The notes under the pieces were generated by a model. That model made no database searches, had not been told where the DNA came from, and saw only the letters and a program-made list of their open reading frames with translations. Made by a program: the position numbers and the translations under genes. 64,000 nt of DNA from Parcubacteria group bacterium RIFCSPLOWO2_01_FULL_48_18 (GTDB taxonomy: Bacteria > Patescibacteriota > Minisyncoccia > UBA6257 > WO2-01-48-18): assembly GCA_001824435.1 (NCBI GenBank), contig MHXH01000017.1, positions 335-64,334 on the forward strand, given 5' to 3'. How positions within the stretch are numbered: position 1 is the first letter of the stretch; each line of letters begins with the position of its first letter. Positions 1-8,170 of this stretch are shown here, one piece after another.

Positions 1-389
1 TTCTGTTCCAAGAGATGCTCAATAAGGCAGTGAAAATCTCCGTCGCCGCTAACGATTAGCGCCCGGTCGAAGTCGTTGATATGTATCATGGTGTGCAGGA
101 CAAGCTCCGCATCCACATTGCCCTTTACGTCCCCGTCTGGCAACTCAAGAGTCGGCTTAAACACACAAACATATCCACTCTCTTGTAGATACTTAAATAA
201 ACCTTCGTTGCCCTTCACATAACCGATACAAAGGAACGCTTTCGTGATGCGATACTTATCACTGAGGTATATTCGGAATCGGCCGAAATCAAGTTCCCAC
301 CCCTGATCGCGAATGCTGAGGTTAAGATTGTTGCTGTCTATAAACGCAAAATTGTTTTCTTTTGGAACCGGGTGTATAAAGTTTATCAT
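1..389 (-). CDS. NYN (LabA/DUF88) domain protein, runs off the window edge
   Basis: Manual minus-strand translation from ATG at 389: MINFIHPVPKENNFAFIDSNNL...KGNVDAELVLHTM...ALIVSGDGDFHCLIEHL. The FID-x-N, K-x-VD and SGDGDF motifs are typical of NYN/PIN-like nucleases. Confidence 0.85.
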   Translation of the reverse strand, partial: MINFIHPVPKENNFAFIDSNNLNLSIRDQGWELDFGRFRIYLSDKYRITKAFLCIGYVKGNEGLFKYLQESGYVCVFKPTLELPDGDVKGNVDAELVLHTMIHINDFDRALIVSGDGDFHCLIEHLLEQ

Positions 390-410
390 ACGTTTTTGTT
401 TTCACGCTCG

Positions 411-665
411 CTACAATTGCTGCAGCTTAACCGATCCGGCGGTTGAAGCGGTAAATGTCTTCAAGGCATTGCTTAGATCAATTATGAGAGCCGGCTTCAG
501 ATTACCTCACGCCTTCTCGTCGCGCTCGTCCAGGTACACGGCAAAATCATAGTCGCTTAAATGGCCGCTTGCGTTTGCTGCCCGCGAACCGAAAAAATAA
601 ACCAACTTTACCGCCGGATGATTCTCAAAAATAGACTCTGTTTTTAGACTAATTTCTTCAAACAT
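411..665 (-). pseudogene. MNT/MntA-type nucleotidyltransferase remnant with in-frame TGA
   Basis: MFEEISLKTESIFENHPAVKLVYFFGSRAANASGHLSDYDFAVYLDERDEKA*GNLKPALIIDLSNALKT... carries the GS-x9-SDxD motif. In-frame TGA at 507-509. Confidence 0.7.
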
Positions 666-680
666 TTATTCTACACTCAT

Positions 681-750
681 TTATTCTACACTGAACTTCC
701 TCAGCTCTTTTTTAATAACTTCATCGCTTGATTAAAACCTCTTTATGCAT
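681..750 (-). pseudogene. Scar of an internally deleted (probably AbiEii-type) nucleotidyltransferase gene
   Basis: The ATG overlapping the end of the upstream gene reads MHKEVLIKR*; another frame reads SDEVIKKELRKFSVE*. These resemble the N- and C-termini of the partner gene usually coupled to DUF6922-like genes (inference). Confidence 0.45.
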
Positions 751-997
751 GCTTTTGAAAGTATAGTTTGAAGTAATGTATTATTTTTGGTTCATAATTA
801 ACTCTCTTTTGTTTTAATTGCTTGCGAAAAATGCGGGCAGTTCTTTTAACGCCCAAAATGGAGAGCAGCTTTTTTACATCATTAAAATCGCCGTAATTTA
901 ATACGCTTTCTACAATGGCTTCTTCGGAGAGATGTTCCGCGTCGTCAGTGTGCCAAACCAAATAAGGTCTTTTTTTAATGAAATCTTTGATGCTCAT
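743..997 (-). CDS. DUF6922-like small protein (putative antitoxin)
   Basis: 84 aa with L-x-W...AIVESVLNYGDFNDVKKL pattern. Confidence 0.65.
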   Translation of the reverse strand: MSIKDFIKKRPYLVWHTDDAEHLSEEAIVESVLNYGDFNDVKKLLSILGVKRTARIFRKQLKQKRVNYEPKIIHYFKLYFQKHA

Positions 998-1027
998 GCT
1001 TATATCTTATTTCGATATATCGATATG

Positions 1028-1660
1028 TCATAAGGTTTCCAGCCGGATGCTTCCTGTGGTGCTTCCAAAATTGACATTCGTCGAGGTGGCAAATGAAGTA
1101 GTAGCCGTAGTAGCAACCACTTCTCCCTGCGAGCCGCCGGACCAGTCGGTCTGCGCGTAAATATCATTGATGTAACGGGAAACGTAGCTGACCTGGGAAA
1201 ATTCGTTGGCGCCGGCTCCGGGTTCAGTCCATGTCAGTTTCGTCGTAAGTTTCTTCGTGGACGGGTCCCACGCGCCTCCGGCGCTGACAATATTGCCGGT
1301 AGACGTTGAACGATACACGTCATCCGTCCAGAAATAACGCGTATAGGCGATGCGGTTAAGCGTAACGGATTCTGTTCCGGTCGCATGCACCCATTTACCC
1401 GCAGATGTAGTGGCAAAATACGCATTGGCGGAGCTGGTGGCAAGCTGATCAAGATTGTTCCAATTTTCAAGGCTCAAGGCCCGAACCGCCTCTACTGTTT
1501 CCTGCGACAAAAAGAGCGCGGCGGTTTTGCCAAGCGAGAGCCGGACGCCTTTAATCGATGTCGCGATGGCAAGCGAGATTGAAACGCTGACAAAAATAAT
1601 AATCGCCACCGCCACGATGACTTCCATCAAAATTTGACCCGGCTGTCCTTTGCGCAACAT
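1028..1660 (-). CDS. Type IV minor pilin-like protein (prepilin N-terminal motif)
   Basis: MLRKGQPG|QILMEVIVAVAIIIF...: G-cleavage site, E5 and hydrophobic helix. Start trimmed to ATG at 1660. Confidence 0.8.
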   Translation of the reverse strand: MLRKGQPGQILMEVIVAVAIIIFVSVSISLAIATSIKGVRLSLGKTAALFLSQETVEAVRALSLENWNNLDQLATSSANAYFATTSAGKWVHATGTESVTLNRIAYTRYFWTDDVYRSTSTGNIVSAGGAWDPSTKKLTTKLTWTEPGAGANEFSQVSYVSRYINDIYAQTDWSGGSQGEVVATTATTSFATSTNVNFGSTTGSIRLETL

Positions 1661-1778
1661 TGGCTTGGCTATTGCATGTATTGTAGCATATACCTTGCTA
1701 GTTTTTGGGAAACTGTGAATAACCAGATTTCGACATATCGATATGTCGGTATGTCGAAATTTTCGATATAATAAAAGC

Positions 1779-2702
1779 ATGCTTTCCATCGGCATCGATA
1801 TCGGCGCGAGCAAAATATTAGGAATCGTCTATGACTCGCGCCGCAAAAAAATTGCCCGTCTTCACATCGCTCAAACAGAAGGACCGCGGTCGGCCGTTGC
1901 AATGGCCGAAAAGCTGATTCTGGAACACCGCATGACCGGCAAAGGAAACATACCGACAGGCATTGCAATTGCCGGGGTGGTAAAAAACAACACGGTGGTG
2001 CGCGCCGCGAACATGAAAGGATGGAACGGAATAAACTTGAAGGCCGCATTTCGACATTTCGATATTTCAGTATTTCGGCATATCGACATTTCACGGTTCC
2101 GGGTCGAAAATGATGCGCAGTGTTTCGGGTACGCAGAATCTCTAATTGGGTACGGAAAAAACAAGGAATCAGCCGTCTTTTTAACCCTGGGGAGCGGCAT
2201 TGGCGGAGCAATTCTTTTAAACGGCTCGTTCTACCGAGGGGCGCATGGGTCGGCAGGAGAGGTGGGGCATACCGTAGCGAAATTCGTCCCGAGCAAAGTC
2301 GAGGGACGAAATTCGAAATTCGAAACCCTCGAGTGGGAATATCTGGCCGCGAAACGGTTTTTTGCTGCACATGGGGTAGACGACCCGAAAGAACTGGAAG
2401 ACAAGGCGCGGAAGGGCAATAAGAAAGCTTTGAACATGTACCGGGAATTCGGCGTCAACCTCGGCGTCGGCCTTGCCAATATCATCAATACGCTCGATCC
2501 GGAAATCATCATTTTGGGCGGCGGCCTCGCGCACACGTACGACCTGTTCATTGCTCCGGCTCGGCAGACCATCAAAAGATTTGTCGTCAATCCTGCGGCG
2601 AGTCGCACCAAAATCGTCAAATCAAAAATCGCTTGGCAGGGGGCAGCGATTGGAGCAGCGCTAATGGCTATCAATCGAGTAGGAGGGAAACTCACTGCGT
2701 AA
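1779..2702 (+). CDS. ROK family sugar kinase (glucokinase-like) with two repeat-derived in-frame insertions
   Basis: IGIDIGASK, ENDA, LTLGSGIGGA, GSAGEVGH and LDPEIIILGGG motifs. Confidence 0.9.
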   Translation: MLSIGIDIGASKILGIVYDSRRKKIARLHIAQTEGPRSAVAMAEKLILEHRMTGKGNIPTGIAIAGVVKNNTVVRAANMKGWNGINLKAAFRHFDISVFRHIDISRFRVENDAQCFGYAESLIGYGKNKESAVFLTLGSGIGGAILLNGSFYRGAHGSAGEVGHTVAKFVPSKVEGRNSKFETLEWEYLAAKRFFAAHGVDDPKELEDKARKGNKKALNMYREFGVNLGVGLANIINTLDPEIIILGGGLAHTYDLFIAPARQTIKRFVVNPAASRTKIVKSKIAWQGAAIGAALMAINRVGGKLTA

Positions 2703-2742
2703 GTCATGTCAACAAAAATACGATCGCAAAGATATTGACTAA
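2702..2742. repeat. Palindromic direct repeat flanking the PaaX/Cas2-like gene (copy 1)
   Basis: agtcatGTCAAcaaaaaTACGATCGCAaagataTTGACtaa; 31/41 identical to 3343-3383. Confidence 0.8.
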
Positions 2743-2744
2743 CG

Positions 2745-3257
2745 TCATTTTGTCATTGTTCCCGGATTTTTAACTTCAAAAATGTGAATGTATTTAAGCA
2801 TATTCAGATCATTTAGATTTTTAATGAATTCTTCAGGAAGCAGGCCGTTGCCGACCCAGACGCTTTTTTGTAATAGAGTAAAATCAAGGAGTTTTAATTC
2901 TGTGCGCAGCCAATTTCTGTACCGTTTATACTTTTCGGGAATGTCAAATACGATGATCGTACTACGGGTTTTGTCGTTTGTGGTTTTTTTGAACGAATGT
3001 GCCGGAAGCCTTTTCTGCCGCAGCTGAAGCAATTTTTCTTTTCCTTTTTGTAAAATTCTCCATGCTCCGCTAACTTCTTTTTTTACCAGTCCTTGCTTTT
3101 TCAGATTTGATAATGTCGTTGAAAACGTCGTTTCGGTCGACGGCCGCCCCATTCTTGTATATCGAGGCTTTGTCGGGTAGAGAACGGCGCGCCTAAGGGC
3201 GCCGTAGTTGCCCGGGGAGCTTTCCAGAAACTCTAATATTAATTCGGTAATAGCCAT
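2745..3257 (-). CDS. PaaX-like protein: winged HTH plus Cas2-like ferredoxin domain
   Basis: N-terminal TTLSNLKKQGLVKK...WRILQKGK (wHTH); C-terminal IIVFDIPEK...R..L..LDF..LQKSVW (PaaX-central/Cas2-like). Confidence 0.85.
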   Translation of the reverse strand: MAITELILEFLESSPGNYGALRRAVLYPTKPRYTRMGRPSTETTFSTTLSNLKKQGLVKKEVSGAWRILQKGKEKLLQLRQKRLPAHSFKKTTNDKTRSTIIVFDIPEKYKRYRNWLRTELKLLDFTLLQKSVWVGNGLLPEEFIKNLNDLNMLKYIHIFEVKNPGTMTK

Positions 3258-3342
3258 TAATCAATTATAATGGGAGTTAAGACATAATGAGGGTTACAGA
3301 TGACCTCAATGATGTATGAGTTATAATATAATCAAAGTCATC

Positions 3343-3383
3343 AGTCGTGTCAATGTTTTTACGATCGCATAAATATTGACTGA
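3343..3383. repeat. Palindromic direct repeat flanking the PaaX/Cas2-like gene (copy 2)
   Basis: agtcgtGTCAAtgttttTACGATCGCAtaaataTTGACtga. Confidence 0.8.
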
Positions 3384-3439
3384 TGGTTGTATCAACTTAT
3401 TATTATGCAAATCGGTGGTAGTTAATGCCCTTTGCATAA

Positions 3440-3722
3440 ATGAAGCTCCGCGCGGCAAGGGAAGTCTGACTTCCCAAGCCGCGCGGTATCAAGCGGAATT
3501 CTTACGAAACCCCGTACCATACGCAAGCTTAGGTACGGGGCGAAGCAACCCTTCGATCCGTTCGATTAACTCAGGTCATTCAGACTCCCTCGGGCTGTTC
3601 AGTCTCTTCGAGCCTGAGGGCTCTTCAGAGCCTGAACGGCCTGAAGACTTCACAGTACAGTCGAAGGAACTGAGTCCTCTTCGAGCCTGAAGGCTCTTCA
3701 GAGCTCCTCGAGTTCACCGAAT
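3440..3722. repeat. Composite REP-like palindromic repeat cluster with nested 36-bp units
   Basis: Shares blocks ccctcgggctgttcagtc, ctgaagacttcacagt and cgaaggaactgagtcctc with 6315-6490; 36-bp unit at 3605-3640. Confidence 0.8.
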
Positions 3723-3750
3723 CTGAATAATAATATAAGTTAATTTCAAT

Positions 3751-4227
3751 ATGATGATTAGGAGAAAAAAGTTATTTTTGGGCCTTGCGACATTCGTAGT
3801 CGTTGGGTTGCTGTTGGTAATTGCTGCAATGACCGGTCTTTTCCCATGGCACACTATAGAGCAAGCAAAAAACCAACTCTCGCTCGACTTATTAACGATA
3901 GAGGGTGTCGCTGGTGTGGGAATTGGGGACTGTGAAGGCAAGCCCTGCATCAGCGTATTACTGGAAGAAGATACTCCTGAACTACGACAAAAAATTCCCG
4001 GTGAGTTTAAGGGTTTTAAAGTGATTATAGAAACAACTGGGCCGATCACGATGGTCCCTCCACTGCGAATTTGTGATGCGCAGAATCCATGTCCGGCCGG
4101 GCAAGGATGTTATAAATTTGAAGACGAATCCCAACCGCTCTGCTGGACTCAAAACCCCTGCGAACGATGTGATTCAAAACAATGTCGCCTTGGCGAGTCT
4201 TACCCCATAGAGGTAGTGTGCCAGTAA
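3751..4227 (+). CDS. Membrane-anchored cysteine-rich hypothetical protein
   Basis: N-terminal TM helix, IEGVAGVGIG small domain and a C-terminal domain with 8 Cys. Confidence 0.7.
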   Translation: MMIRRKKLFLGLATFVVVGLLLVIAAMTGLFPWHTIEQAKNQLSLDLLTIEGVAGVGIGDCEGKPCISVLLEEDTPELRQKIPGEFKGFKVIIETTGPITMVPPLRICDAQNPCPAGQGCYKFEDESQPLCWTQNPCERCDSKQCRLGESYPIEVVCQ

Positions 4228-4245
4228 TGGAAGAGTGACAAAAGA

Positions 4246-5463
4246 CTATAGGCTAGAATCTGATTGGGTGATTGTTTCTATGAGCGCAACTTCTAGGGGT
4301 ACGATAGGAAACGAACTGAAGTGGATGTGCGGCTGCGCATCAAGGAGCGCTTTGAGCAGTTTGGTCAAAAAGCGGATGTCGGCTCCTTCGGCCTGTTCTC
4401 TAAACCAACGCAGCTCGTCATCGCTGAAGCTTTGTCCGTACACGGCAGCAGCCTCAGGGCTGATAGCGATCGCGAGCAGCCGACGAACGTATCGCATAAG
4501 GTCTTTGTGCAGCGCGGCGATATTGGATGTTTCTTCATCCAAACGGCGAAGGTGCGCCATTATGCCCTTCGCATCTTTTTTTAAAACGGCGTCGACAAGA
4601 GCTTTAAGCTTTGCAATGTTTACTCTGCCGAGCGCCTCTTCGATTGCGGCTCCGTCGATGAGGGCGTAGCCGAACGAAGCAACTTGCTCAAGAAACGATT
4701 CTGCATCTCGAAGCGATCCTTCCGCGGCAAGGGATACAAGTCGTAGGGCTTCGTCGGTGATGGATATTGCCTCTGCGGCAGCGATCTTTTTAAGTTTTTC
4801 CACGATGTGGCTGCTGCGAAGCCTCTTAAAATCGAAACGCTGGGTGCGGGAAACAACGGTAAGCGGCAACTTATCCGGCTCGGTGGTGGCAAGAATAAAC
4901 ATGGCATGGAGCGGAGGCTCCTCCAAAAGTTTTAACAACGCATTGGCCGCGTCTTTCGTAAGCGCATGCGCTTCGTCGACAATAAATACTTTACGGCCGA
5001 GAAAGCTCGGCATCACTACCGCCGCCTCCTTCAAATTTCTAATTTCGTCGATGCCGCGGTTGGAAGCCGCATCAATTTCCACCACGTCAAGCGTCCGCCC
5101 TTCGTCAATTTGTACGCACGCAAGGCAATCATTGCACGGTTCTCCGACGCCTGCGAAGCTTTCATCCCTCAGGACTGAATCCCTTCGGTCTGAGACCTTA
5201 GGGTCGAAGACCTCGGACCGTTCGGCTCTGAGAGTCTCAGGCTCGAAGAGACGAACATCCCCGAGCCGCGTCAGACAATTGACGGCTTTTGCCAAAATCC
5301 GCGCAGCCGTGGTCTTGCCGGTACCGCGGCTGCCGCAAAAAAGATACGCATGCGCAATGCGGCCGGTCGCGGCGGCGTTTTTTAAAATCAGCGTGGTCGC
5401 TTCCTGTCCAATAATATCGGAAAATCGTCTGGGACGATATTTGCGGTATAAGGCAACTGACAT
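4246..5463 (-). CDS. dnaX: DNA polymerase III subunit gamma/tau with a repeat-derived insertion in the Zn module
   Basis: ALYRKYRP, GSRGTGKTT, EIDAASNRG, IVDEAH and NALLKLLEEPP motifs. Start at MSVAL. Confidence 0.95.
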   Translation of the reverse strand: MSVALYRKYRPRRFSDIIGQEATTLILKNAAATGRIAHAYLFCGSRGTGKTTAARILAKAVNCLTRLGDVRLFEPETLRAERSEVFDPKVSDRRDSVLRDESFAGVGEPCNDCLACVQIDEGRTLDVVEIDAASNRGIDEIRNLKEAAVVMPSFLGRKVFIVDEAHALTKDAANALLKLLEEPPLHAMFILATTEPDKLPLTVVSRTQRFDFKRLRSSHIVEKLKKIAAAEAISITDEALRLVSLAAEGSLRDAESFLEQVASFGYALIDGAAIEEALGRVNIAKLKALVDAVLKKDAKGIMAHLRRLDEETSNIAALHKDLMRYVRRLLAIAISPEAAAVYGQSFSDDELRWFREQAEGADIRFLTKLLKALLDAQPHIHFSSFPIVPLEVALIETITQSDSSL

Positions 5464-5576
5464 GTGAGCATAAGGCTGCCAAGAAAAATTTCTCCGGCAG
5501 TTTCTTAGTCCCTTAAGGATAAAATAAAAATTGCCGCAAGGCAACTTTATGCACGCACCGGACGCCATACCCTTGA

Positions 5577-5610
5577 CTATACTATCATACACTGTAGTAT
5601 AGTAGTATAG
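5577..5610. promoter_or_regulatory. 34-bp palindrome overlapping the promoter of the TrpR-like gene
   Basis: ctatactatcatacactgtagtatagtagtatag overlaps TTGACT (5573-5578) and TAGTAT (5595-5600). Related copies at 6519-6552 and 37066-37099. Confidence 0.7.
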
Positions 5611-5629
5611 CATAACACCCATTATTTCT

Positions 5630-6085
5630 ATGCCAAAACTATCCAAGCATCGGCCAAGGACAGAGGTAGGAGACGCAATTATGAACCAGCTCTTCCGTTC
5701 ATTGATACGCGTGCAAAACGAGAAGGAAGCGGCTGAATTCTTGAATGATTTTTTTACCCTAACCGAAAAACGAATGCTTGCAAAACGACTGGCTATTGCC
5801 GTTTTATTGCATGCGGGGGCGAACTACAAAGAGATCAACGCGCTGCTGAAGGTATCACACACAACGATCAATCGAGTTTCAAATGCCATTGCGCTGGGCG
5901 GGAAGGCGTATCAAAAAACCGCGGATGACATCATGAATGTTCTCCTGCGCCATCGGGGTTCCGCAACAACGAACAGGCGGGAAGAAAGCAAAGACATGGT
6001 GACGCTTATAAAAGATTTCTTTGACGAATGGGACAATGCGAAACTGCATAGCGTTTATCGCCCGCTCACCAAGGGATCCCGATAA
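5630..6085 (+). CDS. TrpR/YerC-YecD family HTH protein
   Basis: FLNDFFTLTEKRMLAKRLAIAVLL...NYKEINALLKVSHTTINRV. Confidence 0.85.
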   Translation: MPKLSKHRPRTEVGDAIMNQLFRSLIRVQNEKEAAEFLNDFFTLTEKRMLAKRLAIAVLLHAGANYKEINALLKVSHTTINRVSNAIALGGKAYQKTADDIMNVLLRHRGSATTNRREESKDMVTLIKDFFDEWDNAKLHSVYRPLTKGSR

Positions 6086-6314
6086 AACAAAGAAATTTCA
6101 AAAACAAAAAACTCCAATAGGCTACAGGCCACGGAGCTTCGATATACCCAGAATCGCAATATATTCACCAGTTACAACCCGGAAGCCCCAGTCTTCTCCG
6201 CCAAACAGAACGTCCGAAAACTCCCTTTTTGAGATTTTTGGTATTTCTTTTGGCTTGTTCGCGTCGGCCAAATTGCCAAAATTCGAGTTTTCGGACGGCC
6301 TGAAAGGAGGATCA

Positions 6315-6497
6315 ACTCCTCGAGTTCATCGAATCCCTCGGGCTGTTCAGTCCTGAAGACTTCACAGTCGAAGGAACTGAGTCCTCGGGCCGTTCAGGCT
6401 CTGAGGAGCCCTCAGGCTCGAAGAGACGAATGTCTGGGATTCTCTGAATCGAATGATCTGAGTCTCGGAGTCGAAGACCCCTGGCTGAAGGCCGGGT
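6315..6497. repeat. Composite REP-like palindromic repeat cluster
   Basis: Same backbone as 3585-3720; the 36-bp unit is present in inverted orientation at 6389-6424. Confidence 0.8.
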
Positions 6498-6518
6498 TGT
6501 AACAGGGTTCACTTTTTT

Positions 6519-6552
6519 CTACACTATCATACTACAGTGTATGATAGTGTAG
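6519..6552. repeat. 34-bp palindrome (inverted copy of 5577-5610) downstream of the TrpR-like gene
   Basis: ctacactatcatactacagtgtatgatagtgtag with T5/A5 flanks. Confidence 0.8.
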
Positions 6553-6619
6553 AAAAATTAACTTTCGTCCCTCAATTTCTCGATTTATAAATCCCGTATC
6601 GAGAAACTAAACGATTCCG

Positions 6620-8020
6620 TTACTGCAGGACGAGATTGTATTTTTTAAGCGCCCATTCCCATCCCAGCGATACCGCTTCCAGCAACGCCGCCGTATTTGC
6701 TTGCGCCGAAGATATGTCGGCCAGATTCCATATTTCCGCAAAATCCAAATCCCTCCTCGCCAAACTTTCCAAATCAAACAGGTCGTCCTGAAGGGCACGG
6801 AATCGCGCGTCGGTGATGGCGTTATTGAAACGGCTAAACTCGATATACGCCTGCTGGCCGACTGAAAGCGCATCGTCAAGGCTCGCAATCGCCCTACCGT
6901 GGAACCCCGCAAGGTCGCTCGGCGGAACAACTCCCTTCCCCATGCTCACCAGCCAACCCAACGACCGGATCATGCGGCCGAAATCGTCCCAACCGGATGC
7001 ATGGGACGGCCGATGTACGGCTACCGCCGCAAGCGTGTTATGGCCGTTGACAAACTCAAGCTGCGGAGGGTTAAAATCGTCAAACTGGACAAAAAAATCA
7101 TTGAGCGCCGATAAAAAATCAAAGTAGGCAACCGTGAGCTCCGCGTCCTGCTGAATGACGCCGACCTGCTTTATGGCATCTTCAAGAATGCGACTAACGG
7201 TGATATTGCTCTGCGCCGTTTTGAAATTTTCGAGCGAACTGACGAAGGGGTCGTTCGTGGCAAGCGCGACAGAAGACTGATCTTGCGTCAGCGATTTGAG
7301 CTCGCCGAGTTTTCCCGCAAGCGTCACATACGGCCCTTCGGAAACGAACGCTTTAAATCTCCGAAACTCACCCATCCCTTCCCGGGCATACTGCTCTGAT
7401 TCACGCAAGAGCCGTACGAGACCGTCGTGAAAATCTTTCAAGCGGAACGGCACGCGGGCAATTTCCGCTTTCGTCAAAATTCTTCCCGCATTTTCCGTAA
7501 GCAGCTCGTAGGTCTGCCACACGTCTTCATATTGCGCTCCTCCCGAAACGGGATTATTCGCAAGCAATGCGCGATCGGGAGAAACCGATTGAAAAAGATT
7601 CTTCAATTCCGCCAGGAGAGAATAATAATATTCCGATTCGCTGGCAAATTCTTCTTCCAGCGTGTTTTCGGAAGCCAAGTACTGCTGGAAAACAGCCAAT
7701 GACTTACTGTGCAGCTCTTTCAGATCGCCTTTTGACGGTTTGAGCGGGAAAAATTCTTCTGCAGCCCTCTTTGCCGCTTCGCCGATCCGACCCAGGCTCG
7801 CCTCAAGCATGCCGTAAGGATCATACTGGTAATTCTCCTCCCGAGCGCCCGCCACCGCCTGCTCAAACGCATACCACGCCGGATACGCGCGCCGCAAATA
7901 CTGCTGTGGCTGATACTCATTCACATACCACAAGAAACCGCCGAAAACCAAAAAAACAACAAGCAGCACGACCAGCCACCGTACGAGAGGAACGCGAAAT
8001 ATAACGCCAAGAGGGTTCAT
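6620..8020 (-). CDS. Membrane-anchored helical hypothetical protein
   Basis: 466-aa ORF with a single N-terminal TM segment and an alpha-helical remainder. Confidence 0.75.
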   Translation of the reverse strand: MNPLGVIFRVPLVRWLVVLLVVFLVFGGFLWYVNEYQPQQYLRRAYPAWYAFEQAVAGAREENYQYDPYGMLEASLGRIGEAAKRAAEEFFPLKPSKGDLKELHSKSLAVFQQYLASENTLEEEFASESEYYYSLLAELKNLFQSVSPDRALLANNPVSGGAQYEDVWQTYELLTENAGRILTKAEIARVPFRLKDFHDGLVRLLRESEQYAREGMGEFRRFKAFVSEGPYVTLAGKLGELKSLTQDQSSVALATNDPFVSSLENFKTAQSNITVSRILEDAIKQVGVIQQDAELTVAYFDFLSALNDFFVQFDDFNPPQLEFVNGHNTLAAVAVHRPSHASGWDDFGRMIRSLGWLVSMGKGVVPPSDLAGFHGRAIASLDDALSVGQQAYIEFSRFNNAITDARFRALQDDLFDLESLARRDLDFAEIWNLADISSAQANTAALLEAVSLGWEWALKKYNLVLQ

Positions 8021-8054
8021 TGCTCTATACTGTAATTATACAATAACGTGCGGG

Positions 8055-8170
8055 ATGTCAAAATGTCGAGATGTCGAGATAACAACATATCGAGACGTCG
8101 AGATATCGAGATGTCAAGACATCGAGATGTCGAGATATCGAGATATCAATATATCGAGATACCGAAATGT
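8055..8170. repeat. Degenerate 8-bp tandem repeat (AT[G/A]TCGAG)n
   Basis: More than ten degenerate copies of atgtcgag/atatcgag. Related units occur at 1010-1030, 1728-1770 and inside ROK. Confidence 0.85.

Noticed and set aside
507-509. TGA read-through / genetic code 25
   Set aside because: TGA is the normal stop of fusA, dnaX, rodA and uppS, and no conserved gene has an internal TGA.
2745-3383. CRISPR-Cas locus (Cas2-like motif plus repeats)
   Set aside because: Only two repeats about 600 bp apart, no regularly spaced array, no cas1 or effector genes.
5150-5270. Intein in DnaX
   Set aside because: Too short, no intein terminal motifs, and the DNA matches intergenic repeats.
8055-8170. 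CRISPR array
   Set aside because: 8-bp tandem units without unique spacers.
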